From IMG/VR virus record IMGVR_UViG_2872164251_000008: a stretch of 16,911 nt of DNA; one strand, written 5' to 3'. This document shows, in pieces, positions 15,682-16,911 of this stretch. A program made the translations under genes and the position numbers. The notes beneath the pieces are model-generated. The model was not told the origin of the DNA, ran no database searches, and saw nothing but the letters and a program-made list of their open reading frames with translations. Position 1 is the first letter of the stretch; the number at the start of each line of letters is the position of its first letter. The DNA is from a virus (taxonomy: Duplodnaviria; Heunggongvirae; Uroviricota; Caudoviricetes).

Positions 15682-16911
15682 TTATTTTCTTCTGGCTACT
15701 GGTAGCGTGGTTACGTTTTCATGTGTTCCCGCCAGTATCCCTAACCGCTCCGTCCACATATCCAGCGCATTGCGTTTAGCATCCAGATAACGGGAATGAT
15801 TATAAACTCGCTGCATTCCTGGCATCTGGTGGCCTGTAAGCTGCTCCACGACGTGAGGATCCACGCCTAAATCGTTCAGCATCGTTGTAAAGGTGCGCCG
15901 GATGTCATGTAGTGACCAGTGAGGGTGATTTAGCCTCCTGTGCGCTAATCTGCCGTACTGCGACACGCTTGTTTCCTGTTTCACTTCCCCCAGCAATAAG
16001 CCCGTGTGCCTGTTCTGCTCCACCAGCTGCGTGACGAACGGCAGTATTGCTTCCGGTATGGGCCGGAATATTGCCACCTTCGTTTTGCTGTGTTCTTTCG
16101 GCACGGTCCAGAGCATTTCGGTAAAATCCCACTCGCTGATCTCCGATAACCTCAGTTCTACCGTCCGGCATCCGAACACAATCAGGAGGCGGATTAACGC
16201 GATGTAGTAGGGGGAGAATATTTTTTTGTCCAGTGCCTGCAATAATTCGCCCAGTTCTTTGGTGCTTAAGACACGCTCGCTTATATCCGGTTTTTTCCCA
16301 ACGTCCGCCACACTCATATCATCAAGAACGTTGCTGATTGCATAGCGCCGCCTCCGGCAGAACTTAAGCGCCTGTTTGCACGTCTGTAGCAAGAATCCGG
16401 CAGTAACAGGCGTTCGCTTTGCCACCTGGTCAAAACAGGCCAGCCAGTGCCGTAGCTCGCATTTATCCAGCGGCATAGCACCAATGTGCTGTATTACGTG
16501 ATTATTAAGGCGCTTTTTCAGGGCGGCATAATCCACGCGGTTTTCCTTTGCGTACGACTCAAGCCAGTAGGTGAGCGCATCGCCAACCGTTACCGGCTTT
16601 AACGCTTCCTGTACGGTGTAATTAAGCTCATGACGTGGATTTTTCCCCTCTGCCAGCCATGCGCGACACTGGGCGGCTTTTTCCCTGGCTGATTTCAGGC
16701 TCAGATCAGGATAATTTCCCAGCTTAATGCGTTCCGGTGGTGCCCCCCTTCCCGTTCCGGCCCTGTAAGTGAAATACCAGGTTAAAAGGCCACTGGTTGA
16801 ATGCCTGACGCTCAGGTTTCCACCGTCATTAAGAAAGGCTGTTTTTTGGGCGGGTGTGCCGTTGATTTTCCTCAGCTGTGTATCGCTCAGTTTGTTAAGT
16901 GCTCTGCTCAT
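15682..16911 (-). CDS. int: tyrosine site-specific integrase, P4-type (N-terminal arm-binding domain plus catalytic domain); ATG is the last three bases of the window
   Basis: ORF track 15682..16911 (409 aa). Catalytic pattern …HDIRRTF… and …GHQMPGMQRVYNHSRY. N-terminal region resembles P4-family integrases. Confidence 0.92.
   Translation of the reverse strand: MSRALNKLSDTQLRKINGTPAQKTAFLNDGGNLSVRHSTSGLLTWYFTYRAGTGRGAPPERIKLGNYPDLSLKSAREKAAQCRAWLAEGKNPRHELNYTVQEALKPVTVGDALTYWLESYAKENRVDYAALKKRLNNHVIQHIGAMPLDKCELRHWLACFDQVAKRTPVTAGFLLQTCKQALKFCRRRRYAISNVLDDMSVADVGKKPDISERVLSTKELGELLQALDKKIFSPYYIALIRLLIVFGCRTVELRLSEISEWDFTEMLWTVPKEHSKTKVAIFRPIPEAILPFVTQLVEQNRHTGLLLGEVKQETSVSQYGRLAHRRLNHPHWSLHDIRRTFTTMLNDLGVDPHVVEQLTGHQMPGMQRVYNHSRYLDAKRNALDMWTERLGILAGTHENVTTLPVARRK

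Larger units (their letters stand above)
1462..16911 (-). mobile_element. integrated tail-less phage satellite (cf-PICI-like island): int, alpA, replication module, HK97-type capsid/packaging module. Left boundary uncertain (within 1462-2257); right boundary beyond window end
   Basis: Co-linear minus-strand block of integrase, AlpA, primase-helicase, iteron ori and a full head/packaging gene set with no tail or lysis genes. A chromosomal gene (phoQ) abuts the left side. Confidence 0.7.

Noticed and set aside
1-16911. tRNA gene as integration target
   Set aside because: No tRNA-like cloverleaf sequence was seen. The integrase-proximal att site is beyond the window end, so the target cannot be assessed here.

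Overview
Enterobacterial (E. coli/Shigella-type) chromosome: a complete phoQ gene (1-1461, + strand) followed by a roughly 15-kb integrated phage-satellite-like island that fills the rest of the window and runs off its right edge. Island genes are on the minus strand except one small divergent regulatory unit. In transcription order (right to left): P4-type tyrosine integrase, AlpA/Vis-type regulator, an Arc-like RHH gene on the + strand with its own terminator, a chain of small coupled ORFs, a primase/helicase replication protein with an iteron cluster right after its stop codon, small accessory ORFs, one small gene bracketed by two identical intrinsic terminators, then a complete HK97-type head and packaging module (major capsid, prohead protease, portal, head-closure, gp6-like connector, HNH endonuclease, TerS, TerL). 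There are no tail, tail-fibre, lysis or baseplate genes. This is the architecture I recall for capsid-forming phage-inducible chromosomal islands (cf-PICI), which build their own capsids and borrow helper-phage tails. An IS1 copy with intact 9-bp target duplications has inserted into the 3' end of terL, removing its last 21 codons. Phased TTGTT(C/G) decamer repeats recur at three island loci, and the capsid operon leader carries a terminator/antiterminator-like structure. All family assignments are from reading the translations; no database search was possible. The island's left boundary lies somewhere in 1462-2257 and its integrase-proximal att site is outside the window.
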